Shown one piece after another: positions 1 to 10,206 of a stretch of DNA of 64,000 bases. The notes under the pieces were generated by a model. The model made no database searches and was not told where the DNA came from. It saw only the letters and a list, made by a program, of their open reading frames with translations. The DNA lies in NCBI GenBank assembly GCA_045634445.1, contig JAZRAG010000075.1:7782-71781 (forward strand). Direction: 5' to 3'. Source of the stretch: Candidatus Spyradenecus sp. (GTDB taxonomy: Bacteria > Verrucomicrobiota > Kiritimatiellia > RFP12 > DVOR01). Both the position numbers and the translations under genes were made by a program. Each line of letters opens with the position of its first letter. The first letter of the stretch is position 1.

Positions 1-1964
1 ACCAGCCAGAGGCGATAGATGCCTTGGTTGAGGGGTTTGAAAAAGGTGCGCGACGTGCCATTCTGCGAGGGGTTACGGGAAGTGGTAAAACCTTCACAAT
101 GGCGAATATCATTTCACGCTTTAAACGCCCGACGCTCGTCATTTCGCACAATAAGACGTTGGCTGCGCAGTTGTATGCAGAATTAAAGGCCTTTTTCCCT
201 GATAACGCGGTGGAGTACTTCATCTCCTATTACGACTATTATCAGCCAGAAGCCTATTTGCCGCAGACTGATACTTACATTGAAAAAGACGCAAGTATCA
301 ACGAGGATTTGGAGCGTTTTCGCTTAGCCGCATCGCATAGCCTTTTGGGGCGTAAAGATGTCATTATTGTGGCATCGGTGTCGTGTATTTATGGTTTGGT
401 TTCGCCAGAAGATTACCGAGGACTGATGATTTCGTTGCGCCCAGGGATGGAATTGCCGCGCGATGAACTCCTTGCGCAATTGACGGAAATTCAATACCAA
501 CGCAATGACTTTGAACCGCGTCCAGGTGTTTTTCGTGTGCGTGGGGATGTGGTGGATATTTTCCCCTCATATGCTACGGAAGGTATCCGTGTGAACTACT
601 TTGGCGACGAGATTGAGTCGTTGCAGAGTTTCAATGCGACAACAGGAAAGGTGACGGGCGCTTTGCCCTCGTGCCTTCTTTCGCCCGCAAAGCAATTTGT
701 GATGCCGCGGTCGCAGTTGATGGATGGCGTTGAGCGTATTAAAGCAGAGCTTAAAGAACGGCTAACGGAGCTTTCTGCGCATGGGAAACTCTTAGAAGAG
801 CAGCGTCTGCGTCAACGCACAGAATACGATTTGGCGATGTTGGCAGAGATGGGCTATTGCACTGGGATTGAAAACTACTCTGCGCCGCTTGCAGGACGTG
901 GACCTGGTACGCCACCGCCCACCTTGGTAGACTATTTTGGTAATGACTTCCTCTGCATTATCGATGAAAGTCATGTGACATTGCCCCAAATTCGCGCGAT
1001 GTACAATGGTGACCAAGCGCGTAAGCAAGTGTTGGTGGATAACGGTTTCCGTTTGCCTTCTGCGAAAGATAATCGTCCGCTCACCTTTGATGAATTTGAC
1101 GAACGCATTCCGCGCATTTTGTACACCTCTGCCACTCCAGGGCCACACGAACGCGCAGTTGCAGACTTGGAAGCAGAGCAGATTATTCGCCCAACGGGCC
1201 TATTGGACCCGATTGTTGAAGTGCGTCCGCTTGCCAATCAGATTGACGATGTAATGGAAGAGATTCGTGCTGCAGCAGAGCAGGGCGGGCGAACGCTTGT
1301 GGCGGCGCTGACGAAGCGTTCGTGTGAAGATTTGGCGCAATATTTGACTGATGTGGGCATTCGCTGTGAATATTTGCATTCGGACATTGATGCGATTGGG
1401 CGCGTCGACATCTTAGGACGTTTGCGCAGAGGTGATTTTGATGCGTTGATTGGCGTGAATTTGCTACGTGAAGGGTTAGACTTGCCAGAAGTGACGCGCG
1501 TGGCGATTTTAGATGCAGATAAAGAAGGCTTTTTGCGCAGCGAAACCTCGCTCGTGCAGACGGCTGGACGTTGTGCGCGCAACACTGGTGGTAAGGTGAT
1601 TCTGTATGCTGATGAAGAAACGCCTGCAATTGCGGCGTTGAAGGAAATCACGCAGCGTCATCGCGAAAAGCAAGAAGCCTACAATCTCGCCCATGGTATT
1701 GAGCCGCGTTCGGTGAAACGTGCCATTAATGAAGATTTGCAAGTGATGCCAGGCTCAGGTTCTGAACCTGTGCCGCAGAGCAAAAAGCGCACGAGCGCTA
1801 CGCTTAAGGTGGCAGAAGGTGACCTCCCGATGGAGGATGTCTTGGACGCACTTCATCAATTGGAAGCTGAAATGCGCCAGGCTGCAGAGGCCTTAGAATT
1901 TGAACGAGCCGCACTTTTACGCGATGAAATGCGTACGTTGCGAAAAACGTATGGATTAAATTGA
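1..1964 (+). CDS. uvrB: excinuclease ABC subunit B (UvrB); 5' end lies upstream of the window
   Basis: Reading frame open from base 3 (QPEAIDALVEGF...); Walker A GVTGSGKTF, DESH box, helicase motifs and C-terminal UVR motif (ALEFERAALLRDEMRTL) present; ORF track 24..1964 is the in-window part. Confidence 0.95.
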   Translation, partial: QPEAIDALVEGFEKGARRAILRGVTGSGKTFTMANIISRFKRPTLVISHNKTLAAQLYAELKAFFPDNAVEYFISYYDYYQPEAYLPQTDTYIEKDASINEDLERFRLAASHSLLGRKDVIIVASVSCIYGLVSPEDYRGLMISLRPGMELPRDELLAQLTEIQYQRNDFEPRPGVFRVRGDVVDIFPSYATEGIRVNYFGDEIESLQSFNATTGKVTGALPSCLLSPAKQFVMPRSQLMDGVERIKAELKERLTELSAHGKLLEEQRLRQRTEYDLAMLAEMGYCTGIENYSAPLAGRGPGTPPPTLVDYFGNDFLCIIDESHVTLPQIRAMYNGDQARKQVLVDNGFRLPSAKDNRPLTFDEFDERIPRILYTSATPGPHERAVADLEAEQIIRPTGLLDPIVEVRPLANQIDDVMEEIRAAAEQGGRTLVAALTKRSCEDLAQYLTDVGIRCEYLHSDIDAIGRVDILGRLRRGDFDALIGVNLLREGLDLPEVTRVAILDADKEGFLRSETSLVQTAGRCARNTGGKVILYADEETPAIAALKEITQRHREKQEAYNLAHGIEPRSVKRAINEDLQVMPGSGSEPVPQSKKRTSATLKVAEGDLPMEDVLDALHQLEAEMRQAAEALEFERAALLRDEMRTLRKTYGLN

Positions 1965-1992
1965 TAAAATGTGCAGTTGAAAGGAACGAAGA

Positions 1993-4476
1993 ATGAAACG
2001 CTTACGCTACTTAATGAGTGCAATGATGGTGTGCATCGCAGGGATGCTTCACGCAGATGCCTTGCACGAACTCGCAGCGCGTATTTCGCCAGAATTGGCT
2101 TATCGCGTGCGCTTCGTGATTGATGCGGCAGAGACGGACATCACCATTGCGCCTGGAGAAAGAGATGTAATCTCAATCACAGCGCCAGATACACGATTGG
2201 CGGCGGCAGGTTTGGGGTGTTACTTACGTGATGTCGCGCAGGCGCATTGGTCGTGGTGTGGCGATCGTTTGGCCGTGCCGATGCCGATTCCCGCGCAGAC
2301 CTACACGTATACGCCCGCTTTTACGCGCACCGTAGCCTACAACTACTGCACGCTTTCGTACACGATGGCCTTCTGGGGTAAGGAAGAATGGCGCGCAGAA
2401 TTAGACCGTCTCGCGCTCTATGGCTTTGAAATGCCGCTCGTACAAGCGGGGCTCCCGAAGGTGTGGCAACTCACCTTGCGCGAATTGGGGTATCCTGAAG
2501 ACCGCATCAATGCCTTCATTCCTGACGAAGCCGCCGCAGCGTGGTGGAATATGGGTAACCTCGAAGGGCTCGGCGGTCCGCTTTCGCAAGAACGCATTGA
2601 TGGCGATGCAGAATTGGGCCGTTACATCGTAGCCGAAGCGAAGGCGCTCGGCATGAAGCCGATTCTTCAGGGTTTCGTGGGCCTTTTGCCACACGATTTG
2701 CCGCAGTATCTCTCAAAGACTGAATACGCTGATGCGAAGTTCGTGAATCAGGGTCGCTGGGTGGATGGCTTTGTGCGTCCGACGTTGCTTTTGCCCAATA
2801 GCGAAACCTATGCCAAGATTGCAGAGATTTGGTACAAGAACCTCTTGAAAGTGTATGGCGTAGAAAGCGCAGATGCCTTCGCTGGCGACCTCTTCCACGA
2901 AGGTGGTAGCACTGCGGGTGTGGATGTCACCGCTTGCGCACGTGCTGTACAGGCCGCGCAACAGAAGGCATCGCCCGGCGCGATTTGGGTGATTCAGGCA
3001 TGGCATGGTAATCCGCGTGCGGAATTGTTGGCTGGCTTGAATCCGAAGTACGCTTTGATTGAAGCCTTGGTGAAAGACCAGGCCAATGGCCAAAACTACA
3101 ACCGCTCCTTCCAAGGTGTGCCGTGGGTGTGGTGCGAACTCTTAAACTTCGGTGGTAATCACGGTCTTTACGGCGGCATGGAAATGTTGACGAAGTTGGG
3201 AGATCTCACGAAGCAACCTGGCGCGTCCACAATGGTTGGCTTTGGCTTGCTTTCTGAAGGGCTTGAAACCAATCCCATTTACTACGAATTCTTCACCGAA
3301 CACTTCTTCATGCCGAAGGATAAGAATTTTACTAAGCAGGAGTATGATGCGTGGTTGGCGCGTTACGCACAGCGTCGCTATGGTTCGTCATCAAAGCGCA
3401 TTGTGGAAGCATTGAAGCTGATGTCGCGCTCGGTGTATCGCCCGATGCGCGAACAGGAAGGTTGCACCGAAAGTATCGCGTGCGCAAAGCCCTCTTGGAC
3501 GGCGCGTAAGGCCTCTTCTTGGGCAAGTGGCGATGTCTACTACTCGGCACAGGATACGTTGAAGGCCGCGCTTCAATTGGCGAATGCCGCGAAGGAAAAT
3601 CCCGAATTGTTGAAGGTGGAAACCTTCCGCTACGATTTGGCCGACTTTACACGTCAGGCATTGTCGGACTTGGCGCGTCCTGTTTTGGCGCAGGGTAAAG
3701 AGGGTAAGATTGCGCCCATCTTCCTTGATGCTATTCGTTACACGGACAAGGTCTTGGCTTGCGAACCGCGTTGGACGTTGAAATGGCGCGAAGACATTGC
3801 ACGTCGCACAGGTGGTGACGCTGCGGCAATGGCGATTCGCCGTATGTATACGACGTGGAGTGGTCGCGGTGGTGCATTGAATGACTACGCTCATCGTCAA
3901 CTCGCAGGTTTGATGCGCGATTACTACTTGAAGCGTTGGGAAATCTTCTTCAATGCAGAAGCAGAACGTCGCAATCCCAATGCAGAATTGAATGCGTTGA
4001 ATGACGCCTTCTTGAAGGAGGGGGTTGCCTCTGAAGCAGAACCTGCTGAATTGATGCGTGCAGTGCGTGAAGCATTGGTGTTTGCCGTGGATGTGCATAA
4101 GCGTTGGCCTGAAGCCTTCACATTTGCAACCGGTGTGCCGTGGAAGTTGAATGGTGTAAGAGGGCCCACAAAGCTTGAATTCAGCGTTTCTGAATACATT
4201 ACGCGTGCTGGCGTCTATGAATTGAAGATTCAGTACCAGTCGGGTCGTCACGCATTGAAGATTGAATCGGTGGAACTTTTCGAAGGCGAAAAGAAAGTCG
4301 CAGAGGATGTCCACGCAGGGTACACAGGTATTCGCACGACGAACAACGTCTATCAGTTGCGCGTAGAACAGTTGCGCGCAGGCTTGGAAGACTACGTTTT
4401 GCGCATCAATTGTTCGGGTGATGGCGGTGGTAATTCTTCGGGTATCTTCACCTTGAAGTTTAAATCTGCCAACTAA
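1993..4476 (+). CDS. secreted alpha-N-acetylglucosaminidase, GH89 (NAGLU family) with an extra C-terminal ~110-aa beta-rich domain
   Basis: Signal peptide MKRLRYLMSAMMVCIAGMLHA; NAGLU-type N-domain, TIM-barrel (YGFEMPLVQAG, WWNMGN, ILQGFVG) and C-terminal helical domain recognised by eye. Confidence 0.85.
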   Translation: MKRLRYLMSAMMVCIAGMLHADALHELAARISPELAYRVRFVIDAAETDITIAPGERDVISITAPDTRLAAAGLGCYLRDVAQAHWSWCGDRLAVPMPIPAQTYTYTPAFTRTVAYNYCTLSYTMAFWGKEEWRAELDRLALYGFEMPLVQAGLPKVWQLTLRELGYPEDRINAFIPDEAAAAWWNMGNLEGLGGPLSQERIDGDAELGRYIVAEAKALGMKPILQGFVGLLPHDLPQYLSKTEYADAKFVNQGRWVDGFVRPTLLLPNSETYAKIAEIWYKNLLKVYGVESADAFAGDLFHEGGSTAGVDVTACARAVQAAQQKASPGAIWVIQAWHGNPRAELLAGLNPKYALIEALVKDQANGQNYNRSFQGVPWVWCELLNFGGNHGLYGGMEMLTKLGDLTKQPGASTMVGFGLLSEGLETNPIYYEFFTEHFFMPKDKNFTKQEYDAWLARYAQRRYGSSSKRIVEALKLMSRSVYRPMREQEGCTESIACAKPSWTARKASSWASGDVYYSAQDTLKAALQLANAAKENPELLKVETFRYDLADFTRQALSDLARPVLAQGKEGKIAPIFLDAIRYTDKVLACEPRWTLKWREDIARRTGGDAAAMAIRRMYTTWSGRGGALNDYAHRQLAGLMRDYYLKRWEIFFNAEAERRNPNAELNALNDAFLKEGVASEAEPAELMRAVREALVFAVDVHKRWPEAFTFATGVPWKLNGVRGPTKLEFSVSEYITRAGVYELKIQYQSGRHALKIESVELFEGEKKVAEDVHAGYTGIRTTNNVYQLRVEQLRAGLEDYVLRINCSGDGGGNSSGIFTLKFKSAN

Positions 4477-4487
4477 CTGGGTGCGCT

Positions 4488-4931
4488 ATGAGTTTTAAGC
4501 CAATGGTTTTGCGAGTAGAACGCTTGACTGCAACCGCGCAATTGCCTGCGTATGCGCATCCAGGCGATGCTGGAATGGATCTCTGCGCAGATGAAGCGCG
4601 CATCCTTCAACCTGGTGAGCGCGCGGCGGTTTCAACAGGGATTCGTATCGCGTTGCCGCAGGGTACAGAAGGGCAAGTGCGTCCGCGCAGTGGGCTCTCG
4701 ATTAAGCATGGCATTACGGTGATTAACGCGCCTGGTACGATTGATGAAGGTTATCGTGGCGAGGTGAAGGTGCTCTTGGTCAATCTAGGTCAAGAAGCCT
4801 TTGAAATCACCCCTGGGATGCGCATTGCGCAATTGGTCGTGGCGCCCGTTTTACGCGTGCCTGTGATGGAGGATGTCGTTGATGACACCACTGCACGCGG
4901 CACAGGTGGCTTTGGCTCAACAGGAATCTGA
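4488..4931 (+). CDS. dut: dUTP diphosphatase
   Basis: 147 aa; dUTPase motifs AGMDL, RSGLS, GTIDEGYRGE. Confidence 0.93.
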   Translation: MSFKPMVLRVERLTATAQLPAYAHPGDAGMDLCADEARILQPGERAAVSTGIRIALPQGTEGQVRPRSGLSIKHGITVINAPGTIDEGYRGEVKVLLVNLGQEAFEITPGMRIAQLVVAPVLRVPVMEDVVDDTTARGTGGFGSTGI

Positions 4932-4941
4932 GGCATTTTGT

Positions 4942-6228
4942 ATGATACATGAAGCTCTTTATCAACGCGCTTGCTCGGTCATTCCTGGGGGTGTGAATTC
5001 GCCTGTTCGCGCATTTAACGCGGTGAGCGGCACGCCGATTTTCGTGAAGTCGGGTAAAGGTGCTGAAATTACACTTGCTGATGGGCGCACATTGATTGAC
5101 TGTTGCTGTTCATGGGGCGCGATGATTTTAGGGCATGCGTCCCCATTGGTGACAGAGGCCGTAACGAAGGCCGCCGCTTCTGGTACGACCTTTGGCATTG
5201 GCACGCCTGGCGAAGTGGATCTCGCCGAACGTCTTGTGGCGGCAAGTCCGCTCTTGGAAAAGGTGCGTTTGGTCAATTCTGGCACCGAGGCGGTAATGAC
5301 GGCGGTGCGTTTGGCGCGCGGTGTAACGGGGCGTGATTTGATTTTGAAGTGCGAAGGGTGTTATCACGGACACAGTGATAGCTTACTCGTGAGCGCAGGA
5401 AGTGGCGTTTTAACGGCTGGTGATGGTACAGAAGTCGCAAGTGCCGGCGTACCTGAAGTGATTGCACGCGATACGCTTGTGATTCCGTACAATGATGTCG
5501 CGGCCGCAGAACGCGCTTTTGCGACGTTTGGTGCGCGCATTGCCGCTGTGATTGTGGAGCCTGTCGCTGGAAATATGGGCTGTGTGCCGCCAGTGGAGGG
5601 GTATTTAAAGGCGCTTGAAACCTTGGCTCACCGCGCGGGAGCGCTCTTGATTTGTGATGAAGTGATCAACGCTTTCCGTTTCCATTATGGCCTTTACAGT
5701 GACTTAGCGGGTATTCAGCCTGATATTATCACGATGGGTAAGGTGATTGGTGGCGGTTTCCCCTTGGCTGCGATTGGTGCGCGTGCAGAGATTATGGATG
5801 CGCTTGCGCCGCGCGGCAAGGTCTACCAAGCGGGCACGCTTTCGGGTAATCCGGTGGCTGTGGCGGCTGCAATTGCGGTGTTGGACGAGTTGAAGGCGCA
5901 TTCTCCGTATGAAGCAATGGCCGCGAAGGTGACGCGTATTACGGACGCATTTAACGTTGCTGCCGACCATCATGGCGTGCCGATGCGTGTCCAACGTTAT
6001 GCCACGGTCTTTACACCCTTTGCGACAACGGTGCTTCCTGTACGTAATCTCGCTGATGCGCAGGCTGCAGACACCGCGCTGTATGCGCGATTCTTCCATG
6101 CGATGTTAGATCGCGGTGTTTACGTAGAACCTTCTGCGTTTGAAGTCAATTTCGTTTCTGCGGCGCACACAGAGGCGCATGTGGATGCGATTTGCGCAGC
6201 GATGGATGACGCTTTACGCGCGTTATAA
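4942..6228 (+). CDS. hemL: glutamate-1-semialdehyde 2,1-aminomutase
   Basis: Class III aminotransferase, HemL-like throughout (GGVNSPVRAF, PLP-lysine region MGKVIGGG); start moved from 4873 to ATG 4942 just after the dut stop. Confidence 0.92.
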   Translation: MIHEALYQRACSVIPGGVNSPVRAFNAVSGTPIFVKSGKGAEITLADGRTLIDCCCSWGAMILGHASPLVTEAVTKAAASGTTFGIGTPGEVDLAERLVAASPLLEKVRLVNSGTEAVMTAVRLARGVTGRDLILKCEGCYHGHSDSLLVSAGSGVLTAGDGTEVASAGVPEVIARDTLVIPYNDVAAAERAFATFGARIAAVIVEPVAGNMGCVPPVEGYLKALETLAHRAGALLICDEVINAFRFHYGLYSDLAGIQPDIITMGKVIGGGFPLAAIGARAEIMDALAPRGKVYQAGTLSGNPVAVAAAIAVLDELKAHSPYEAMAAKVTRITDAFNVAADHHGVPMRVQRYATVFTPFATTVLPVRNLADAQAADTALYARFFHAMLDRGVYVEPSAFEVNFVSAAHTEAHVDAICAAMDDALRAL

Positions 6229-6254
6229 TTCGCTTAAAAGGTGCAATTACATTT

Positions 6255-6295
6255 CACGCGGGGCAGAAATGCTCCGCGTGATGCTTTATTCGCGT
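6255..6295. terminator. GC hairpin tcacgcgg...ccgcgtga between convergent hemL and the SEDS gene
   Basis: 8-bp inverted repeat with T-rich 3' flank; overlaps the last codons of the SEDS gene. Confidence 0.35.
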
Positions 6296-7671
6296 TTGGT
6301 GAGCGCGGCGGCAAGTCCGCAGAGGATAAAAACTGCGAGGATTGAAAAGCCGCCGTGGGATAAAAAGGGTAGGGTGATGCCTGTCATTGGGAGGGCTTTG
6401 GTAACGCCGCCAATATTGAGAATGATTTGCACTCCTAAAACGGCGCCAATGCCGACATTGGCGAGTTGCGTAACCAATGACTTAGCCGAAGAGGCTGCGC
6501 GGAAGATGCATCGCAGCCAAAAGAGGTAAACAATGAGCAAAAGCGCGCATCCCAAAAGTCCCCACTCCTCGGCAATTGCGGCATAAACAAAGTCACTGGT
6601 CACAATCGGCACGCTACCGGGCATCCCATGGTTAATGCCGCTTCCAGTGAGGCCGCCAGCATTCATAGCGCAGAGGCTTTGAAGGATTTGGTAACCCTTG
6701 CCCAATGGGTCATTGAAGGGATTAAGCCAAATCGAAAAGCGCGTGGCGGTGTGTGCGGAGATTTGGCAGATGGCAAGACCTGCGCCTGCCGCACCCCCAA
6801 GACCAAAGAGGAGCCAAAGCGGATTGCGCGTGAGAGAGGTGAGCATCACCACAAAGGTGAGACAGAGGATGAGCACGAGCCCAAGGTCGCGCACCATCAC
6901 CACTCCAAGAAGCGGTGCACCCCAGAAAAATCCCAATGTCATGAGCGAGGAGAATACCGGAAGCGGGACCCCGCAAAAATGACGTGAAAGGCCTTCTTTT
7001 AAGGGTGGCAACATCGTAGCGCCAAGCAATACCGCGAAGATTTTGACGAGCTCTGTGGGGTTGATTTGCCCAGGCAAAAAGATACCGCCGCGATATCTGC
7101 GTCCAAAACAAAGTAATGCGCCTAAAATGCCCATAATACCCAGCCATAAGAGCCATTTTAGGACCTTTGGCGCTAAAAGACGTTCGATGCGATTGGCGGA
7201 AAGGAGGCGAATGCAGAGCAGAAAACTCACCGCACCTGCCAACATCGGAGTGTACGCGCGCCAAACTTCCCACGTTTGCTTAAAAGAGCCGAGGCGTAGT
7301 TGCTCCACAACGCCCAAGCCGAAGAGTAAGAGTGTGAGCACTACGAAGAGACGGTCGCCCGTAAAAACCTTTGGGCGCGTAAACCAAAAAGCCAAGAGCG
7401 CAGTGCCGCCCCAAATGGCTAATGGCGCTAAAATAGCGGAGGAAAGCTGCGGATTTTCGGCGAGTTGCTCAGTAAAAATGGGCAACGCCATAACCACTAA
7501 AAAGGCCGAAAGCGCAAGGAACCAAACGATGCCCGTGGGGAAAAAGGTCCGCGCCAAAGCAGGGGCAATTCGCCGCCCTTTAGCATTCCCCTCAGCGGAT
7601 TTCTTACGCGTAGATTTCTTCGTTCCTTTAGCCATAAATGATGGTCGCAAGTATAGCAAAATTCGCGGCAT
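6286..7671 (-). CDS. ftsW: SEDS family peptidoglycan polymerase (FtsW/RodA/SpoVE) with a ~35-aa lysine/arginine-rich N-terminal tail
   Basis: 10-TM profile and conserved C-terminal region (GITLPFLSHGGFSILAVF); an alternative start at MAKGTKKS (7635) is possible; FtsW versus RodA identity is not resolvable from sequence. Confidence 0.85.
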   Translation of the reverse strand: MPRILLYLRPSFMAKGTKKSTRKKSAEGNAKGRRIAPALARTFFPTGIVWFLALSAFLVVMALPIFTEQLAENPQLSSAILAPLAIWGGTALLAFWFTRPKVFTGDRLFVVLTLLLFGLGVVEQLRLGSFKQTWEVWRAYTPMLAGAVSFLLCIRLLSANRIERLLAPKVLKWLLWLGIMGILGALLCFGRRYRGGIFLPGQINPTELVKIFAVLLGATMLPPLKEGLSRHFCGVPLPVFSSLMTLGFFWGAPLLGVVMVRDLGLVLILCLTFVVMLTSLTRNPLWLLFGLGGAAGAGLAICQISAHTATRFSIWLNPFNDPLGKGYQILQSLCAMNAGGLTGSGINHGMPGSVPIVTSDFVYAAIAEEWGLLGCALLLIVYLFWLRCIFRAASSAKSLVTQLANVGIGAVLGVQIILNIGGVTKALPMTGITLPFLSHGGFSILAVFILCGLAAALTKRE

Positions 7672-7684
7672 TATTGACTGCGTT

Positions 7685-7790
7685 TTAAAGAAGGCTTGTT
7701 TTGACCTTCAAAAGAACCTCTTTTGCACTTCAAAAGCATTTGTTTTCAATCTCAAAACAAGCTGTTTTCAAAAACCTTGATTTTAAAGGC
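7685..7790. repeat. copy of a dispersed intergenic palindromic repeat family (CAAAACAAGCY / RGCTTGTTTTG units)
   Basis: Shares exact 16-mer TTTTAAAGAAGGCTTG with 61584-61599 and unit structure with 29395-29462 and 46255-46350. Confidence 0.75.
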
Positions 7791-7923
7791 TTTTCGCGCA
7801 CCTTTGCGAAGTGAGTAAAAAGCGCCATTTCTGCGATTGATTTTGGGTGGTGCTTTTTTGAAAAAGATGATAAAAAGCGTGCAAAAATGCTCTGCACAGA
7901 ACGTGGGGTTTATGTTATAATGT

Positions 7924-9165
7924 ATGGCACTTATGAAGTTGAAAGCATTTTCTTTATTTGCGATGGCACTTTTGGCATGTTCGGCAACGGCATGGGCGAA
8001 TTCTACGCCTGTGATTGATGTGAATGTGCAGGGTGTGGCGCGTCAATCGTTATCCTTGACGGACGTCGCGCCGAGTGGGGCGGGTGGCCAGACCTTTTTG
8101 TCGACGTTGCAGAATGACTTGCAGCGTTGCGGTTGGTATCGTTTGGCTCCGAATGGCCAGGTGAAGGTGGGCGGTTCTGTAGCAGGTGCTGCAGGCGTAA
8201 CGGAAGCCCTTTCTGTGACGTGGCCTGGGAAGCGTTTTGCGTGGAATCGTGCGGCTGTGGATACCGATCAGGCGCGCCGTCATGCACACGAATTGGCAGA
8301 TGCCATCGTGAATGCTACGACGGGTGAAAAGGGTATCGCTCAGACGAAGTTTGCATTGGTTCATCAGTCTGGTACGCGTCAGTCGGGTCAGGCTATTCAA
8401 GACCTCTACATCTGCGATTACGATGGGCAGAACCTCAAGCGCGTGACCAATGATGGTTCGCCGATTGTGGGTCCGCGTTGGGGCGTGGATGGTTATTCTG
8501 TCTTTTTCACGAGCTATCGTTTAGGGTATGCCACCGTTTTCCGCGTGGATACTCGCACGGGTGCAGTGGAGCGTTTGGCCAACTTTCGTGGGTTGAGCAC
8601 GGGTGCAGTGCCTTCTCCTACGAATCCGAACCAGTTGGCAATCATCCTCTCTCACCAAGGCAATCCCGAATTGTACGTGATGGATATCCGTACGAAGCAG
8701 TTGCAGCGCATGACGCGCACGCCTTTGGCCGCAGAAGCCAGCCCTTGCTGGTCGCCTGATGGTAAGCGCATCTGCTACGTCTCTGACGTTTCGAAGTCTC
8801 CTCAGCTTTACATTGTGGATGTCGCCACGGCACAGAGCCGTCGTCTTACGCTCAAGGGCGGTGAAAGCGTCCAGCCCGATTGGAGCAAGAACGGCATCGT
8901 CTTCGCTACCCGCCGTGGCGCACCGTACCGAATTGCTGTTATTGATCCGGATGCAGGCGAACGCTCCTTGCGTTTCTTGACGCCGGTAAACGAACAGTAT
9001 GAATCCCCCTCCTGGGCGCCAGACGGCCGTCATGTGTTGGCTGCGCGTACACAGGGTAGACAGTCGTCCATTTGGGTGCTGGACGCTGCCGAAAAGGGCG
9101 CGGCACCTTACAAACCTTTCTCTTCGAGCAAGGGTCAGTGGTTGAGCCCTGCTTGGAGTCGATAA
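7924..9165 (+). CDS. tolB: Tol-Pal system beta-propeller protein TolB
   Basis: Signal peptide; N-terminal TolB domain plus repeated WD40-like propeller blades (SPDG.., LYV.D motifs); directly followed by pal. Confidence 0.82.
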   Translation: MALMKLKAFSLFAMALLACSATAWANSTPVIDVNVQGVARQSLSLTDVAPSGAGGQTFLSTLQNDLQRCGWYRLAPNGQVKVGGSVAGAAGVTEALSVTWPGKRFAWNRAAVDTDQARRHAHELADAIVNATTGEKGIAQTKFALVHQSGTRQSGQAIQDLYICDYDGQNLKRVTNDGSPIVGPRWGVDGYSVFFTSYRLGYATVFRVDTRTGAVERLANFRGLSTGAVPSPTNPNQLAIILSHQGNPELYVMDIRTKQLQRMTRTPLAAEASPCWSPDGKRICYVSDVSKSPQLYIVDVATAQSRRLTLKGGESVQPDWSKNGIVFATRRGAPYRIAVIDPDAGERSLRFLTPVNEQYESPSWAPDGRHVLAARTQGRQSSIWVLDAAEKGAAPYKPFSSSKGQWLSPAWSR

Positions 9166-9193
9166 CCCTAATCAACACCATAGGAAAAACATC

Positions 9194-9760
9194 ATGCGTA
9201 CAACATTCCTCTTAACTCTACTTCTCGCAGTAGCATTTGTGTTCACGGGTTGCGCTCGTAAGTCTCGCAACGCAGCTGGCGGTGCTGACGACTTTGACAG
9301 CGCTGCAACGTTCGCTGGCGACGGTGCATTCATCGACCCCAACGGCGCAAACTTTGACCCCAATGATCCGAATGCAGGCGCTTTCGACACTGGTAAGTTT
9401 GAAGACACCCGCACTCGCGTGACAGATGCAGGCTTGGAAGCGCTCTACTTCTCCTTCGACTCTTACATGCTTCCTCCGGAAGAACTCGCTAAGGCAGAAG
9501 CTGCAGCTCAGTATCTCTTGAACAACCCCTCTCACGTGATGATCCTCGAAGGTCACTGCGACGAACGTGGTTCCAACGAATACAATCTCTCCCTCTCCGA
9601 ACAGCGTGCAATCGGCGTGCGTGACTACATGACCTCCTTGGGCATCGATGGCGCTCGCATTCAGACCCGTGCATTCGGTGAAGATAAGCCTGCTGTTCCT
9701 GGCACGGACGAATCTGCGCACAGCTTGAATCGTCGCGCGGAATTCGTTCCTTACAAGTAA
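9194..9760 (+). CDS. pal: peptidoglycan-associated lipoprotein (OmpA family)
   Basis: Lipobox VFTGC; C-terminal OmpA-like domain (EGHCDERGSNEYNLSLSEQRA...NRRAEFV). Confidence 0.85.
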   Translation: MRTTFLLTLLLAVAFVFTGCARKSRNAAGGADDFDSAATFAGDGAFIDPNGANFDPNDPNAGAFDTGKFEDTRTRVTDAGLEALYFSFDSYMLPPEELAKAEAAAQYLLNNPSHVMILEGHCDERGSNEYNLSLSEQRAIGVRDYMTSLGIDGARIQTRAFGEDKPAVPGTDESAHSLNRRAEFVPYK

Positions 9761-9864
9761 TTCCTTCGCGGACGTTCCGCTGACTAGCACCGCGCAGCCG
9801 TTTCCGACTGTAATAGGTCGTTGACGACGCGTGGTGCTCTCATCTTCTTAAGACGCTTAAAGCT

Positions 9865-10206
9865 ATGTTCTCCTTCCCGGAAATCCTCGTCATCCTTATT
9901 GTGGCGGTCATCGTATTGGGACCCAAACGATTGCCCGAAACAGCGCGCAAAATCGGGCGCTGGGTTGGCGTATTCAAACAGGCTGGAGACGAATTTAAGC
10001 GTCAACTGATGACGATGGATCGCATGGTAGATGATTCGCTCAATCGTGCGACATCAGATTTAGACCAATTAGAGCCAGAAGCGGTGAAAAGTTATGAAGA
10101 CGTGGTAGCTGATATTGCTGACACCTTCAATGCGCCCTTCACCGCTGCGCCAAGTGCCTCATCCCCTTCTGCGGAAACACCCGTTCAGGAGGGCGATAAA
10201 GCATGA
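9865..10206 (+). CDS. tatA: twin-arginine translocase subunit TatA/TatB family
   Basis: N-terminal TM helix + amphipathic helix (FSFPEILVILIVAVIVLGPKRLPE); acidic C-tail. Confidence 0.8.
   Translation: MFSFPEILVILIVAVIVLGPKRLPETARKIGRWVGVFKQAGDEFKRQLMTMDRMVDDSLNRATSDLDQLEPEAVKSYEDVVADIADTFNAPFTAAPSASSPSAETPVQEGDKA

Noticed and set aside
3391-4314. 307-aa minus-strand ORF inside the GH89 gene
   Set aside because: Shadow ORF with Cys/Arg/His-rich low-complexity translation; the plus frame is clearly GH89.
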